64,000 bases of DNA from Octopus vulgaris (Eukaryota): NCBI GenBank assembly GCA_951406725.2, contig OX597814.1, positions 221,340,001-221,404,000 of the forward strand. The letters run 5' to 3'. Position numbers and translations under genes: made by a program. The first letter of the stretch is position 1. The number at the start of each line of letters is the position of its first letter. Below, in pieces: positions 1-13,520 of the stretch. The notes beneath the pieces were generated by a model. It saw only the letters and a program-made list of their open reading frames with translations, searched no databases and had not been told where the DNA came from.

Positions 1-130
1 TGTTACGAATATGATTAATCCCCAAACCCACTTGAAACACCTTCAGCTATAACTCTAAAATGGTTCCACTCCCGCCAAGTCGTGTTAACCAAAATTAAAA
101 CAGTACACGTTCACTCAAAAATATGAACAA

Positions 131-274
131 ACAGGCTTCCTAACCACTTGGTTCCGATTTCAGTCCCACTGCGTGGCACCTTGGGCATGTGTCTCCTACT
201 ATAGCCTCGGGCCGACCAAAAGCCTTGATAGTGGATTTGGTAGACGGAAACAGAGAAACCGTCGAATCTATCTA

Positions 275-348
<74 letters not shown>

Positions 349-349
349 C

Positions 350-395
<46 letters not shown>

Positions 396-448
396 GTCTG
401 TCTGCCTGTCTATCTGTCTGTCTATCTGTCTGTCTGTCTATCTCTCTG

Positions 449-521
<73 letters not shown>

Positions 522-866
522 TTGTCTGTCTGTCTGTCTGTCTATCTATCTGTTTGTATCTGTGTGTGTGTATGCGTGTGTGTGTGTGTGTGTATGTGTG
601 TGTGTGTGTGCTTGTCCGTCCATCATCGTTTGACACCTGTTATTGGTGTGTTTACGTCCCCAGAATTTAGCGGTCCGGCTAAAGACATCGCTAGAATAAG
701 TACTAGGCCGAGAAATAAGTCATTGAGTTTGATTTGTTTGACGAAAACCCTTCAAGGAGTTGCTCCAGCATAGTGGCAGTCAAATGACTGACACAAGTAA
801 AATAATAAAAAAGAATAAAAAGGCGGTGCTCCAGCATGGCCGCAGTCAAATGACTGAAACAAGTAA
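131..866 (+). mobile_element. tRNA-derived SINE (family A, octopus-type) with internal (TCTA)n/(TG)n expansion
   Basis: Head cagtcccactgcgtggcaccttggg...ggatttggtagacggaaac and tail gctccagcatggccgcagtcaaatgactgaaacaag are shared with the copies at 9229 and 22268; the tail motif occurs twice. Confidence 0.85.
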
Positions 867-1432
867 AAAGAGAAAAAAAACAAAAAAAAAATACATAGAC
901 TGATATTGGTCTGTATCAGCATGATTTGCATTGTTCAATAAAATTGAATAAAATAACCACACTGAACTTGTCAAGAGGAATGGGAAATCCAGCGTTTCGG
1001 ACTGAGTACATTTTGCGGGGAAAGTAGAAAGGTAAGAAATTAATGGGAGACAGTAGAGATTTATATCCTCTCAATTGCAAAACCTGGTTGCAAATGATAC
1101 AAGTCCACTGTGCCCCTTTTATTGATTTCACAAAATAATTTAAGTAAAAATAGCCGTAGCATCATAAACTTCGTTCTTCCCAAACACTGTGATGTGACGA
1201 ACGTCATATGTATGCCCGTACAGCAACTTTTGTCTCTCACCGGGTTCACCTGCATTCCTCCCCTATCGCCAACCTGAAAACCTACAGACATACAAGAATA
1301 GACGAGATAATGAAGAAGTTATGATGCCCAGAGAATCATTCTGCACTCATGTATAATATCACACAAAAGAGGCATCGGCTTCGTATTTTCTTGACTTGAC
1401 AGCAACCAAAGAGCTACATGACAATTTTTTTG

Positions 1433-1733
1433 CGCCCTTTTCAAGCCTAGCCAGGCTCATGGGCCCGGTTTCCCGGTTTCTGTGGCGTATGTTTCTCCCC
1501 AGCTGGATGGGACACCAGTCCATTGCAGCGTTACTCAAGAAACAGGAAGAGAGAGTGAGAGAAAGTTCGGGCTAAAGAGCACAACATGAGTCGCCACCAC
1601 CCCCTGCCGGAGCCTCGTGGACCTTTAGGTGTTTTCGCTTAATAAGCACACACATCGCCCGGTCTGGGAATCGAAACCGTGATCCTCCGACGGCGAGTCC
1701 GCTGCCCTAACCACTGGGCCATTGCGCCTCCAC
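1433..1733 (-). mobile_element. tRNA-derived SINE (family B)
   Basis: Minus strand starts ggaggcgcaatggcccagtggttagggcagcggactcg...ggtttcgattccc (Pol III A and B boxes) and ends in an A-rich tail. Confidence 0.75.
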
Positions 1734-2730
1734 ACATGGCAATTATACAACCAATTAATTTTCTGCGTCGAGGTGTACTAGAACATGACATGAAGTACCT
1801 TGCAGAAGAAACACAAAAGAAAAACACAACGTCAGTTCGAAAAGTCGAACCCATGGCCTGACAATAGAAAGCTCAACACCCTAAATATTATGTGTCTTCA
1901 CACGATTTACAACCTATTGTTTTGTTTAATGTAGTCTACCAATAGACGTACTATGTCTAGATAAAAGACAAGAGTATTATGACTAGGAACATCTTTGGTT
2001 TTAGGTTTAGTCCATCAAAGCTCGGTCAGTTTAAACCATAAAAATAGCCACCACTGCTTATCGGAATGTATGAGTTATTTGTATATGACTTCTAGAGCGA
2101 TAAATATGTATATTGTACCTAGTCCTTTGACTGATTATTTTCCTGTCGTAGCCAACATGGAGCCATACAATGAAGCAATCACTGCATCGATAATAAACCG
2201 GAGGTAAGACAACATGATCTGACTGTCACATTCTTCTCTAAATGGTAAAACAATGACGTGTCTCGACAATTTGTAGACTTCAAACAAGAGGAAGTGTACA
2301 ATAGTCAAAAGGCTGGATCTATGGATATTAACCGCATGTGACCAGCTATCGGCATGACTGGTATGTGCAAGAAAAGTGGATACGGTTACCGAATAACAAA
2401 CGCAGAGGGGGGAAAAAAACAGCAAGAACGGCTAGACGTTCGGTAGCGCTTCAAGAAATTCCATACCTTCCCAACCTCAATCACGACCGCTTCAATCAGC
2501 ACTATACTATATCATTTACTAACAACACTTCAACTACAACTCCTCCCACCGCCGACACAACCGCCCCCCCACCGCCCCACACCGCTGTCACCACTATCAC
2601 CATGGCCACCAGCAATTTCATCTCTTCTATGGCCACAGTCATGTCCACTTGCGCTAGGAGCACCAATAACAGCTTTATCACCATCACTACAACTACCGCT
2701 ACCAATTAGACGCTAACAACCATTACCATA

Positions 2731-2761
2731 TACTACTACTACTACTACTACTACAACAACA

Positions 2762-2803
<42 letters not shown>

Positions 2804-2842
2804 GCTGCTGCTGCTGTTGCTGCTACTGCTGCAGCAGTAGCA
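2731..2842. repeat. (CTA)n/(CAA)n/(CTG)n trinucleotide microsatellite
   Basis: Directly visible. Confidence 0.95.
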
Positions 2843-4755
2843 AATAATACACAAAAGAAGAGAGAAAAACCAAAATAACTTTAAAAATGTTAGACACAAA
2901 CAATTATGACGAACATCTAACCATTCGCTTAACGTTTTCGATTTCAATTCATTTTCTACTCTCTCTCTTTTCATTTTCTTTTCTCTTCTTTTCCTTTTTT
3001 TTTTCCTACTTTCCTTTTTCATTTCTTCGTGTGTTGAAACATGAGAAAAATTGCTCTGGGAAATCAGTCTGCAACTGTCATCCAATGGTTCCAAGGTCTT
3101 TCCCTACTTTGTCAGGCGTCTTTTTTCCCTCCTTGTCTTTCACTCACTTGTATTGTCACCTTTTCTTGCAGCGATACTGTTGTCACATCTGCTTTCATTA
3201 TGTGTATGTGTGCATGTGTGTGTGAGTGTGTGAGTGTATGTGAGTTTGCGTGTGAAAGAAAGAGAAAGACGGAGAGAGAGAGAGAGAGAAAGAAAGAGGG
3301 AGAGAGAGATTTATCGACTGTGTTTAGAAAAATCGGTCAAAGAATACGTACAAGAAGAATAAAACAAACAGGCAACATCGCGAAATAAACAATGATGGCG
3401 GTAAACTGAGAAGAAAAGAAAATATTTAGATGAAATGAATAAAAAGAAACTATAACAATTTATTTCTTCTTTAATTATGATAATAATCATAATAATTTCT
3501 TACGGGTTGTTTACATTAATTTCTGTTTTCTTCTTTTCTTCGTATGTGTACATACACATTACGAACTTCAAAAAGCTAGGATATATAAAAAAAAAAAGGA
3601 AAGAATAGCTACAGAATAATCTTGTTGATAAATGCTGGAAAAATCCTGGCTTGAATCCTGATTAACCCATTCTGTTTTCATAGACTCGTAACTCAACCTG
3701 GTTTTCGACCTTCCGGAGACGCGAGATCGCTTTCCAGTACGCTAGCAACCTTAAGACTAATCTGAGTAGCACAAACCCTTGTGTTTGGCTCTGCACGACA
3801 ACATAAAAACCGAAGTATAGTATCAAATTTCCTCAGTAGTTGATCCGCCTAACGGGAAAACAGGAATAAAATAGGAAAGTACAACTGCTTTTAGGTCCTT
3901 TCTATTACTCGAAATAACTTACATCTAACAGTCAGAGCTTAAACTGCACGATTGGCATCCTTTTTATCACAGACAGACTCCATACCAGAACAAAGTCCAC
4001 GGACGACGACTACATAGATAATTGAAGTTGAGTACGAAGACTCTGCAAGAGGTAGTGTAGCTTCACTAGAAATATCTCAGGCAAGTAAAGGCATTTTCAC
4101 TTAACATTTTAAATAGGAAAGTGATGTTTATCATACGATGAGGTTTGATAAACATCACTTGGTTTCCTTCTAATACAATACTTATCATGGTTTTCAACGC
4201 TAAAATGATCATAAAGAAAATGCGGAATCTCAAAACTGATGAAACCACCAATTTTCATCAAATTTCCGCCTGCATCCCGAAGAGAAATACTGCTTTAAAC
4301 GTACATATTCTTGCCTCTTTTATTTTACTTGTACTTCAATTGTGAAATATCGCTTCTGTACATGAGACCGACTCTAGGCCTGATCCATCATAATTCAGAC
4401 ATCTTTGATTACTTAGCAGCATGTGTGATGTGATGGAATCAATAGTTCTAAAACACAATGAAAACATCTTGCTAAACAATCAACTTACCTGAAAAAGGTA
4501 TTGCGACTGCTGATCAAACGATAGCGTAACAGATCTGACACGGGACAACTCCCTTGATGTGAGCCAGTACGTTTGTGTAATAACATTAAACATCAAAAGA
4601 CCTTTTGGCATATTTTTACCAAAATGTTCTCTAGGCATAGCTTGAATGTATGGGAAATTACTAAGGTGGTTTCAAAGAGACCTTAATGTAAAATCGATCG
4701 GTCATTTTTTCTGGTCAACACTGATCTATCATCCATCAATATGTGTGTGTGTATG

Positions 4756-4793
<38 letters not shown>

Positions 4794-5382
4794 GGTGTGT
4801 GTGTGTGTCTGTGCGGGTGTATGTGTCTGTGTTGCTGTTACTTTACGTCTCATCCCTCAGCGGTTGGAAAATGAACCTCGATAAAATAATTACCAACAGA
4901 AATAAGTGCCGGTGGTGATATGATCATCCATACCATTGAATGTGGAACCTGAGTATAGTCTCAGTTGATTTAGTTTAGGACAGTAAAAGAATAAAATTGC
5001 AGCACCTCATATAACAATACACTGTCATTTTGTCAAGACTTTAGCGACAGAATAGGACTGATTTTTTACAAATGTTTTCTTGACATATGACTACTTGTTA
5101 TCTGGTTAGGAAAAACATCTATATTGAAAAAGAAACTCAAATAAGCTTAAAGGATAACAAGTGGGGATTGAACCAGTGTTGTTGCTTCAGCTACCCGGCA
5201 TTTGACATCTATCAACAACAGTAGATAATAGGATACTGTAATTACAGGATTTGAATTCAATGTTTGTAAGAGAATTTGAACCAGGTGTGCTGTAATTTTG
5301 TACCTGTATTTTAACCTTTTAAAACTTTCAGATCTTTGCATGCCGCTATGTTTGGCTTCTGCCTTACATACATACATTATTA

Positions 5383-5590
5383 TGGCTGCCCCCTCGTTAT
5401 CGAGTATGGTCATTGCACGAAGCTTAATTGTTACTGGTGCTGTGATCGAATGTGACTTTTTAGCCCAGCTAAAGATCTACAATGACTTGTACAAAATTGG
5501 CAACTAAATCCTTTACTGGTAATAGTCGGCTGTAGTTGTAACAGGGCTTCATGTACCTTTGCATGTCGTTTAAGTCCTCCTGCCGAATTA
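5383..5590 (-). mobile_element. 3' end of an RTE-type LINE with C-terminal C2H2-like motifs
   Basis: Translation ...GGLKRHAKVH...CQFCTSHCRSLAGLKSHIRSQH; 3' end motif shared with the 5913-6460 element; flanked by (CATA)n. Confidence 0.55.
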
Positions 5591-5912
5591 CACATACATA
5601 CATACATACATACATACATACATACATACATACATACATACATACATACATACATGCATGCTTACATACATAAACAAATACATACATACATACATGCATA
5701 TATGCCTAAATATTAATCTTGAGAAATTAGACTTCTCAAAACCAGAAAGGAGAAAGCTAATTCGAAGACTACAGATCCAATCCATCACTGGAACTGTAAA
5801 CATCTCTAAAACTTTCCAGAAATTTATCATTTAAATATATATGAGCATGTCTTGATATGCAACTATATGCATAAGAATACATAAATATCTTGCACACACA
5901 CACATGCATACA

Positions 5913-6460
5913 TGGTGGCTGCCCCCTCGTTATCGAGTATGGCCATTGCACGAAGCTTAATCAATGTTGTTACCGTGCAATGCCTGTGCAAGAAGATTTT
6001 TTTAAGTGAGGAAAGGCTGTGCACTGAGTCAATCCCACTCACTAAGCAACAGCAGCCATAATCCGAAAAGAAGAACAAGTCAACATCATCGGTAACCACT
6101 GAGCCGCAGGTTTTATGTCGGAGTTATCCCAGTTACCTGACTTGCCTTCTCCTAGAAGGATGCTCTGACAAAGGCTAGGAGTCCTTCACTCCAAATGGTT
6201 TAACCGCGCGATCGGGTATTCAGTCCAATTATTTCTATGTCCCCGCGCATGATACGGCTTTAAGACATTTATTGGATGGTCGTTGACTCTCAAGAGTTCC
6301 TCCGCCCTTTGACGGGTTTTGTTTTTCATCCCCCAGGGTGACCAATAAACACCCTCCTCACCAAGCGAGCTTGGTGGGGTTGCCGGTTTAGTCGCCGACA
6401 ACCCGACCATGCAACAGTACTGGGTTACATGTTACCAGTAGCACTCGAAAGTGACCTGAC
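5913..6460 (-). mobile_element. Non-autonomous RTE-related SINE-like element
   Basis: Terminal ggctgccccctcgttatcgagtatggycattgcacgaagcttaat nearly identical to 5383-5427; no RT ORF; several hairpins; RTE-5'UTR-like ctaggagaagg motif; (CATA)n flank. Confidence 0.55.
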
Positions 6461-7099
6461 ATAACATGCATACATACATACATACATACATACATACATA
6501 CATACATACATACATACAAACGAAAATACCCTGTTGTTGATGTTGAAATTCCAATGAAGGAGCCTTGGATCTAGGTTAGAAACCGTCTCTTTGTCTATTG
6601 GCAAGATATTTTGAAATAAAACTTAACAATGACATACATACATACATACAACGTGACCGTTATGGTGAGTCCGATACTCAGACGGGTATAATTATTGCTT
6701 ATATGAAGGCAATACGCCAAATATTGGAAAAGTTGAGTTACAGAGTGCGGTAAGATTACATAAGAATATTTCCATATAAATGTTTTAAACATTACAATAT
6801 AGCTACATAAAACATACATACATCTTAACAAATTCATGTAAACACAGCGCTGTAATGATTCGTACATACAGATATAAGTCAAGTAATGTTTCAAAACATT
6901 TCATGAATAAGACAAACGCCGGTCAATATGTGCACTTGTAGAATTAAAAAGTGACTGAAAGGAAAGATTATCCTAACTGTGAACAACTTTAAATTTAATT
7001 CTGACAAGACTTTGTCGAATCTTTTAAAGAAAATAATTTTCTATTTTGAAAAACAAATACAGATATCGGTGAACAGACAAAATCACAATGGTGGCTTTA

Positions 7100-7625
7100 G
7101 GACCAGCCTCGTTCATGGCGACTGTCAACTTTTCAAACGAATGAAAACATCATGACAAATACATGAAGTGATCTTGGAGGACCGTCACCGAACAATTGAC
7201 GAACTTGTTGATATAACTGGTGTGTCTTGGAGCTCCTGCCAACGAATTTTGAGCGAAGAATTGCGAATGAAGAGAGTTGCAGCAAAATCTGTGCTTCGCT
7301 TGCTCACAACTGAATGCGTGTCGTGAACTGAAAGAACAGATGGAAGTTGATCCGGACCTTTTTTCGAAGGTCATCACTGGTGACGAAAGCTCGTGCTACG
7401 GAATTTGCGGATGTGGAAGAAGTGAGGAAAAACAAAAAAGGCAGAGGAGTTGAAAGGCATCACATCACAAGGGTTCCAGCACTACTTCGAATAGCGGAAA
7501 ACGCTCCTGGACCGATGCATTCCTAGAAATGGAGATTATTTATGGTGATAAAAGTGTTAACATGTAAAACTAAGAGAATAAAATAATAATGCAAAGTTCC
7601 GGTTCCTGTTAGATACCTCGTCGTA
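7100..7625 (+). mobile_element. Mariner transposase relic, internally deleted
   Basis: IHEVILEDRHRTIDELVDITGVSWSSCQRILSEELRMKRVAAK, ITGDES; TIR-like end followed by TA; same family as 53575-54262. Confidence 0.8.
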
Positions 7626-7699
7626 TTTCTCAGCCATTACATTACTAGCGTATCACAAAGAGCTGAAGCCACGCAACCGAGATCCAAGCAGAAAGCCTG

Positions 7700-8270
7700 A
7701 ACCGGTGTGGTCACGTAACTTGAAAATTTAATTGCTGTAAAAAAGTATCTCACAGATCATTTAGTTATGAAATCTAATATAGGGAACAACAATCTACGAC
7801 ATCGATAAAATTCCAGAAAAAATCTAGAGAAGCGTTTTAGTGATACAGGATTCAAAATACTAAAATCCAATCTATACCAGATGAAACATCTCACAACTAC
7901 AGCTGAAAAACTAAAATATAAATCTACAACATATAAGCGACAAATGCTCAATAAATTATTAGTTAAAGATCCCTCGACAGTTTATCGCAGCTTCAATGTA
8001 AAGGGTTCAGTCTCTATAAAAGTCATCCCACAAAAGATCAGGCTGTGGGCTGTTGGAAATCTGTACAGGAAACAAATGATGTATGGCTAAAAGAACTAGA
8101 GAAGGACTACTATTGGTATGTCCAGCAAAACCAATATGAAACATACGGCGGAATATTGCAAATGGCTCTACAGAAAATGACAAACACATATTCCCCGGGC
8201 TAAGACTCCTTAAGAGGTTATTGGCTGAAGAATTTCACCTTTTATTTGCAAGATCTTATACAGTTGTATG
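7700..8270 (+). mobile_element. Degenerate R4/Dong-type non-LTR fragment (region upstream of RT core)
   Basis: KRQMLNKLLVKDPSTVYRSF and PG...RGYWLKNF resemble the pre-RT and RT-start motifs. Confidence 0.45.
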
Positions 8271-8730
8271 ACGAAAACATCGGGTTACACAAGAATTACC
8301 CCAATATTTATAAACCGTCCAAATAAATTAGAAAGCGTGCTGGAAAGATATACATTGAAAGTTGTGTGTGAGTATCTGTGTGTGTATACATACACACATA
8401 GACACAGACACACACAGACACACACAGGCACACACATGCACTCACCGTCCTTGCTTCCATCGCCTCCAAGATATTAACACGCCACCAGATTCCTGTCTAG
8501 TCTCGTGGTCCAAAAGATGCCTCCTTGTATCGGAACTAGAGTCACTTAATCACCGATCCTACTCTACTAAGACCTTGTGATCCGCCTTGATCAACTGCAG
8601 CCCATTTTCCAGAAGCCATCCTGGACTTCTTGCGTCTCTTCATTTGGTAATCTGAGCCTCAAAGAGACGGGTTTCTGCTAGGAACTCGAGAAACTTAAAG
8701 TCGCATGGACCCAAATAAAACTATTTTAAA

Positions 8731-8765
<35 letters not shown>

Positions 8766-8792
8766 GATACATAACTACACACACACACACAC

Positions 8793-8823
<31 letters not shown>

Positions 8824-9228
8824 CATGTGTGTGTGTGTATGTATGTATGTATGTATATATATATATATATATATATATAGATATAAATATGCACTCTCAT
8901 TTACACAGGCGCGCACGTACACATACGCAAACGTTCGTAACAGGTGGTTATTTTCCCTCTCTTTTATATTTTGCAAACATTACATAAAATAACAGAGTAA
9001 ATGGAATGTTTGGTGAACGTTGATTTATTTCATACACTTCTCCTTCAAATTATTTTTTGCTACCGTCATCGTCGCTGCAGAATTCATTCCACTTCTTTTG
9101 CTCTTCGTCTACTGATCGTCGTCGTCGTCGTCGACGTCTTAAACATTATTGCTGATAAATACAATTCGTGTTTCAATGAAAATACAGTGGGTGGTGAGTG
9201 GTTTTTCTGTCAGTTGTACGTATACATA

Positions 9229-9399
9229 GGCGCAGGAGTGGCTGTGTGGTAAGTAGCTTGCTAACCAACCACATGGTTCCGGGTTCTGTCCCACTGCGTG
9301 GCACCTTGGGAAAGTGTCCTTTACTATAGCCTCGAGCCGACCAAAGCCTTTTGAGTGGATTTGGTAGATGGAAACTGAAAGAAGCCTCTCGTATATATG

Positions 9400-9434
<35 letters not shown>

Positions 9435-9645
9435 ATGTATATGTTTGTGTGTCTATGTTTGTCCCTCTAGCATTGCTTGACAACTGATGCTGGTGTGTTT
9501 ACGTCCCCGTCACTTAACGGTTCAGCAAAAGAGACCGATAGAATAAGTACTGGGCTTACAAAAGAATAAGTCCCGGGGTCGATTTGCTCGACTAAAGGCG
9601 GTGCTCCAGCTTGGCTGCAGTCAAATGACTGAAACAAGTAAAAAA
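9229..9645 (+). mobile_element. Full-length tRNA-derived SINE (family A)
   Basis: ggcgcaggagtggctgtgtggtaag (A box), ggttccgggttc (B-box-like), internal (TA)(TG) tract, tail tgactgaaacaagtaaaa. Confidence 0.9.
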
Positions 9646-10049
9646 GTATACATGTCAGCCGTGTATGTTGATCTCTTGCTAGTCTTCCAATGTGGCAAGC
9701 AGAATCGAAGAATTCTCCCGTTCTGTGAGTCGGTACTGAAGGCGAGAGGTAACAAGGGTCATATTAGTGGTAATTTTCAACCCAGATTTCTGTTGAAACC
9801 AGAGTTTTTGATGAAGGTGCTAAGAAAAGATATTTCTATTCGTCATCGGTCGGGAAAACGTTTATGATTTCAAGTAAATCTATACACAACTTCCACCTCA
9901 TGCTTTATATTTTAGAATGGTCAACAAGTCTGACCTTGCACAGAATCTGATTAACTTGTAGAGTGGACCATCATTACGTGACGCCTGCTCTCAGTGTTGT
10001 TAGTTCTTTAGTTCTTATCAAAGGCCGTAGGTGAGACTAAATAATTATT

Positions 10050-11330
10050 ATACCACAACGATTTCTATTTTTGTTTGGTTTGTCGAGCGTGTATTTTGAC
10101 ATCCCTTTTGCCACTAATGAGGGAAATCTTGACTTTAAATGGTATTATTTTCAAACTGGGACGTAGGATGATGTTACCTAAATGATGTTGGACACCACGG
10201 GCTTTACGTTGGTCGACGCCGTTCTAAAGAAATACGAGATATTGGCAGGAGCAAAAATCAACCAGAACAATTATTGGGTTTGCAATTTGAATATGGAGAT
10301 TCAAGTTCAGGCTCTTTCTCTGTATCATTGAGTGGTGGACTGGCGAACCGGTTAATTTGCTTGAAGTCACTTTTGACTCTCACCTCTAGATATATAGAAA
10401 CTGGGATGAGGTTATGAGCATGCTGTCAAGTCTCAGCCAGCAATGAGTTGAGAGGAAGCCATCCGTGAAAGGTCAGGCTAGGGTAAAGAACGCCTTCATA
10501 AATTGAGACATATTATGCTGCCGTACTGTCATAACTCGCTCCAGTTTTGGTCTTACCAGATAGGAGTGTTTATTACCAGATAGGAGCCTTTAGCATAATC
10601 CAATTTTGCGTTGACACTGCAGCTTTGCAACAAGAGAGAAACAACACTGGATGCCTCCTATCATGTCATTTGAAATGATTTTAGGCTTTCACAGTTCTCT
10701 ATTAGCAATGCAGCCAAAAGGACCTCTATTTTAGCCTTCTATAGAGGACTAGTAGTGATCAACGAGGTTTTCATTAGGAAAGCTTCGATCGGACACTAGA
10801 ATTAATTGGCTGTCATGTTCCTAATGACATTCAGCCCCAGGTGACTTTTAATAAATCCTGACAGTGCATCTAAAGGAATTACTTACCTGAAATAAATACT
10901 CAAGCATGGAAGTTATCCAAAATGAACATGTGAGTGACGAAACAAACATGGCTGCATTTATCCACTGTCCAAATATTGCTGACTTGTGGAATTATGTGGG
11001 GCAAATATTGTCGCGTGTAAGATGATTGATATATCAAGCAATTTCATCATAAAGTTCGCTGCACTGTAATCCTCCTACCAGGAAGAGCATGTGGTTCTCT
11101 CTGGTTGGTGACTACAGCTAAAGAGTCTGTGTTTTGGACGTGAATAAAAGGACTTTATCCTCTTCGATATTTTAGAATTCCACCTAGAAACAAAGGTGAG
11201 CGTGGAGAGAGAGAGGTACTATCTTTCAGCAAATGCTTCAAGAATTGTATGACTGACAGGAGAAACAACAGTAAGATTGAATATTTTCGCTCTCAGCATA
11301 CGTCTGCAGACTGAACGACAAGAATACGGA
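10050..11330 (+). mobile_element. Highly decayed L1/Tx1-type LINE fragment
   Basis: LKKYEILAGAKINQN motif and downstream similarity to the 28715-30330 element; many stops. Confidence 0.55.
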
Positions 11331-11564
11331 AAGTGCATTTATTGTCGGTTGTAAGAGCAAGCTTTAAAATGTGGAAATTCCTGATAGGCACTAAATGGAG
11401 GTCAGCATTCCTAGGAAGTACATAAGATTTCAATCCTGTGATTATTTCTTATCTCAATCATGTTTAAATTCTTTTCAATTTCTGTGCAAACAATAGGCAT
11501 TTCGTAACCTGTATCTGCAATGACCCCTTCTTCTTTAACCCTTGTATGAAAAAATATGAAATCG

Positions 11565-11643
11565 TCATCATCATCATCATCATCATCATCATCGTCATCA
11601 TCATCATCATCACCATCATCACCATCATCACCATCACCACCAC

Positions 11644-11696
<53 letters not shown>

Positions 11697-11745
11697 CCTT
11701 CATCATCGGCGATTTCTCAGGATAGATGATGATGATGATGACTAT
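11565..11745. repeat. (CAT)n/(GAT)n microsatellite
   Basis: Directly visible. Confidence 0.95.
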
Positions 11746-11789
11746 GATTGTTGTTACTGTTGGCTGTTGCTGCTGCTGCTATTTTGTTA

Positions 11790-12005
11790 GGCGGCGAGTC
11801 TAGCAGAATCGTTAGCAAACCAGGCGTAATGTTTAGAGGCATTTCGTCCGTCTTCAAGTTCTGAGTTCAAATTCTGCCGAGGTCAACTTTGCCTTTCATC
11901 CTTTCAGGGTCGGTAAAATAAGTATCAGTTGAGCATTGAGATCAATGCATTCCACTAGCTCCTTCAACCATACATTGCTGGCCTTGTGCGAAAATTAGAA
12001 AATAT
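11790..12005 (+). mobile_element. tRNA-derived SINE (family C)
   Basis: ggcggcgag...gcagaatcgttagca...gagttcaaatt...gcctttcatcctttcagggtcggtaaaataagta; homologous to 23570-23970. Confidence 0.8.
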
Positions 12006-12514
12006 TGGTATTATCATTTGTTGTAGACGTTCGTCATTTCTGTTCCCGAAGTTTTGATAAATTTTTGTTGAAACATATTTATTTTATGGAATTTTTTGTT
12101 AAACGTTTTGAATAAAGACACTTTCTTCACTGTGTTAAGACAGGGACTGCCAAATTGCGTTTTAAATTGCACAATTTTTGTATAATTTTATTTGCTGTCA
12201 TGCACATTTTATCTCGTCTGGTTTTTCTCTGTTGCAATTTTGGCGTCAGGAAACCTACTATCAGATTCTGGAAAGCAGGAGAAGAAAGAACAATATCACT
12301 ACCAACCTTTACACTCTCCTCTTCGTCATTCTAATACGACAGCTACTCGCTCTCGGTGGCAGTAAGAAGCAGTTCATGCAGGAAAAACAACAGCAGTAAC
12401 AGCAATGATAACAGCATCGATAACATTGGTAGAAACGTAGTTTTTAACAACGATAACAACGACGCAAGCAACAACAGACCCACTGCAACTACGATTGCAG
12501 CAACAGCAGCGAGG

Positions 12515-12591
12515 AGAGGAAGAAGGTGAAGAAGGTGAAGAAGAAGAAGAAGAAGAAGAAGAAGAAGAAGAAGAAGAAGAAGAAGAAGAAG

Positions 12592-12623
<32 letters not shown>

Positions 12624-12635
12624 CCACAACAACCG
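12515..12635. repeat. (GAA)n(CAA)n microsatellite
   Basis: Directly visible. Confidence 0.95.
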
Positions 12636-12679
12636 TGACAGCAGGAACAACAATAAAAGCTGAGGATCATGGATATTTT

Positions 12680-13130
12680 GCAGAAATACCTGAGCTGGTA
12701 GCACTACCAGAGGGAATTGTCTGTTCGGGAAAAACTATTTACACACAAGCCGATGTGCCCAGATCGACGAAGTCATCCTGCACACACTCGTGCTGTGCTC
12801 GAGCATAGCTGACCTGTGGAGCTGTTTTGAACAGCTGCTATCAGCTGTGGAACGGACCTGGTTATCAGTCTACTCCGTTCTGAAAAGAAGGGCAGTTTTC
12901 CTTTCTAATGGCTATTGTGAAAAATGTTGAGAAGTGGACGCGACTGAAAGGACGGTAAACGGATGCGTAGCTTTTCCGTCAAGCCCTCAATGATCTTTCA
13001 ACTGGAACTTGGAGAAGAAAGTAAGCGTGTAGAGTGAAATGCTATTCCCCAGTTAATTTTAAAAACGTAGGCGAATGTTGCGATCATGGCTCGAGAAAAT
13101 GGACTTACTCCAAGTCTGCGCCTACAAGCT
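12680..13130 (+). mobile_element. 3' fragment of an L1/Tx1-type LINE (C-terminal Cys/His region)
   Basis: Similar to the 3' part of the 28715-30330 element (LPVRDKL..H....CPRC-type region). Confidence 0.45.
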
Positions 13131-13319
13131 GAACATTATGGATGAGAAAACAGCACTTGCCATACTATTCCTTTTGAGCAGTGTGTCTCAGGATACGTAG
13201 GTCTCTTCGTTGCTGCTGGGTTTCTCCCGACCCCATATTGAGGAAATTTTGTTGTTTGTAACATTTTGGGCATTTATTTGATTTATTCAAGTAATAACAA
13301 AAGTTGTCTAACACGCAAA

Positions 13320-13520
13320 GTAGAGGATATCGTGTGGCACCATCTGAAGCCATCTTCCAGCCAGATTTTTGATCTCAAGCTGATCCCAGTCCTTGTCATT
13401 CGAGGCTAAGACATCCTTCACTGAACCTTCGATCTCTCATTTGTTGATGAAGCGTTGTAATCGCAGGAAGTGATCCACGGATCGGTAAAAAGAGCAGCTG
13501 TTGGAAGAGTTCTTAGCATG
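13320..13520 (-). mobile_element. Mariner transposase C-terminal relic
   Basis: Minus-strand translation resembles the mariner C-terminus (RSVDHFLRLQRF...LAGRWLQMV..DILYF). Confidence 0.55.

Noticed and set aside
1061-1280. Possible terminal exon on the minus strand (acceptor-like ttttcag, 70-codon frame)
   Set aside because: No recognisable protein similarity or partner exon; cannot be supported without RNA data
2338-2709. Thr/Pro-rich 123-aa ORF
   Set aside because: Degenerate trinucleotide low-complexity sequence adjoining a (CTA)n tract
12225-12365. Possible short plus-strand exon after a pyrimidine tract
   Set aside because: No recognisable domain; it runs into trinucleotide repeats
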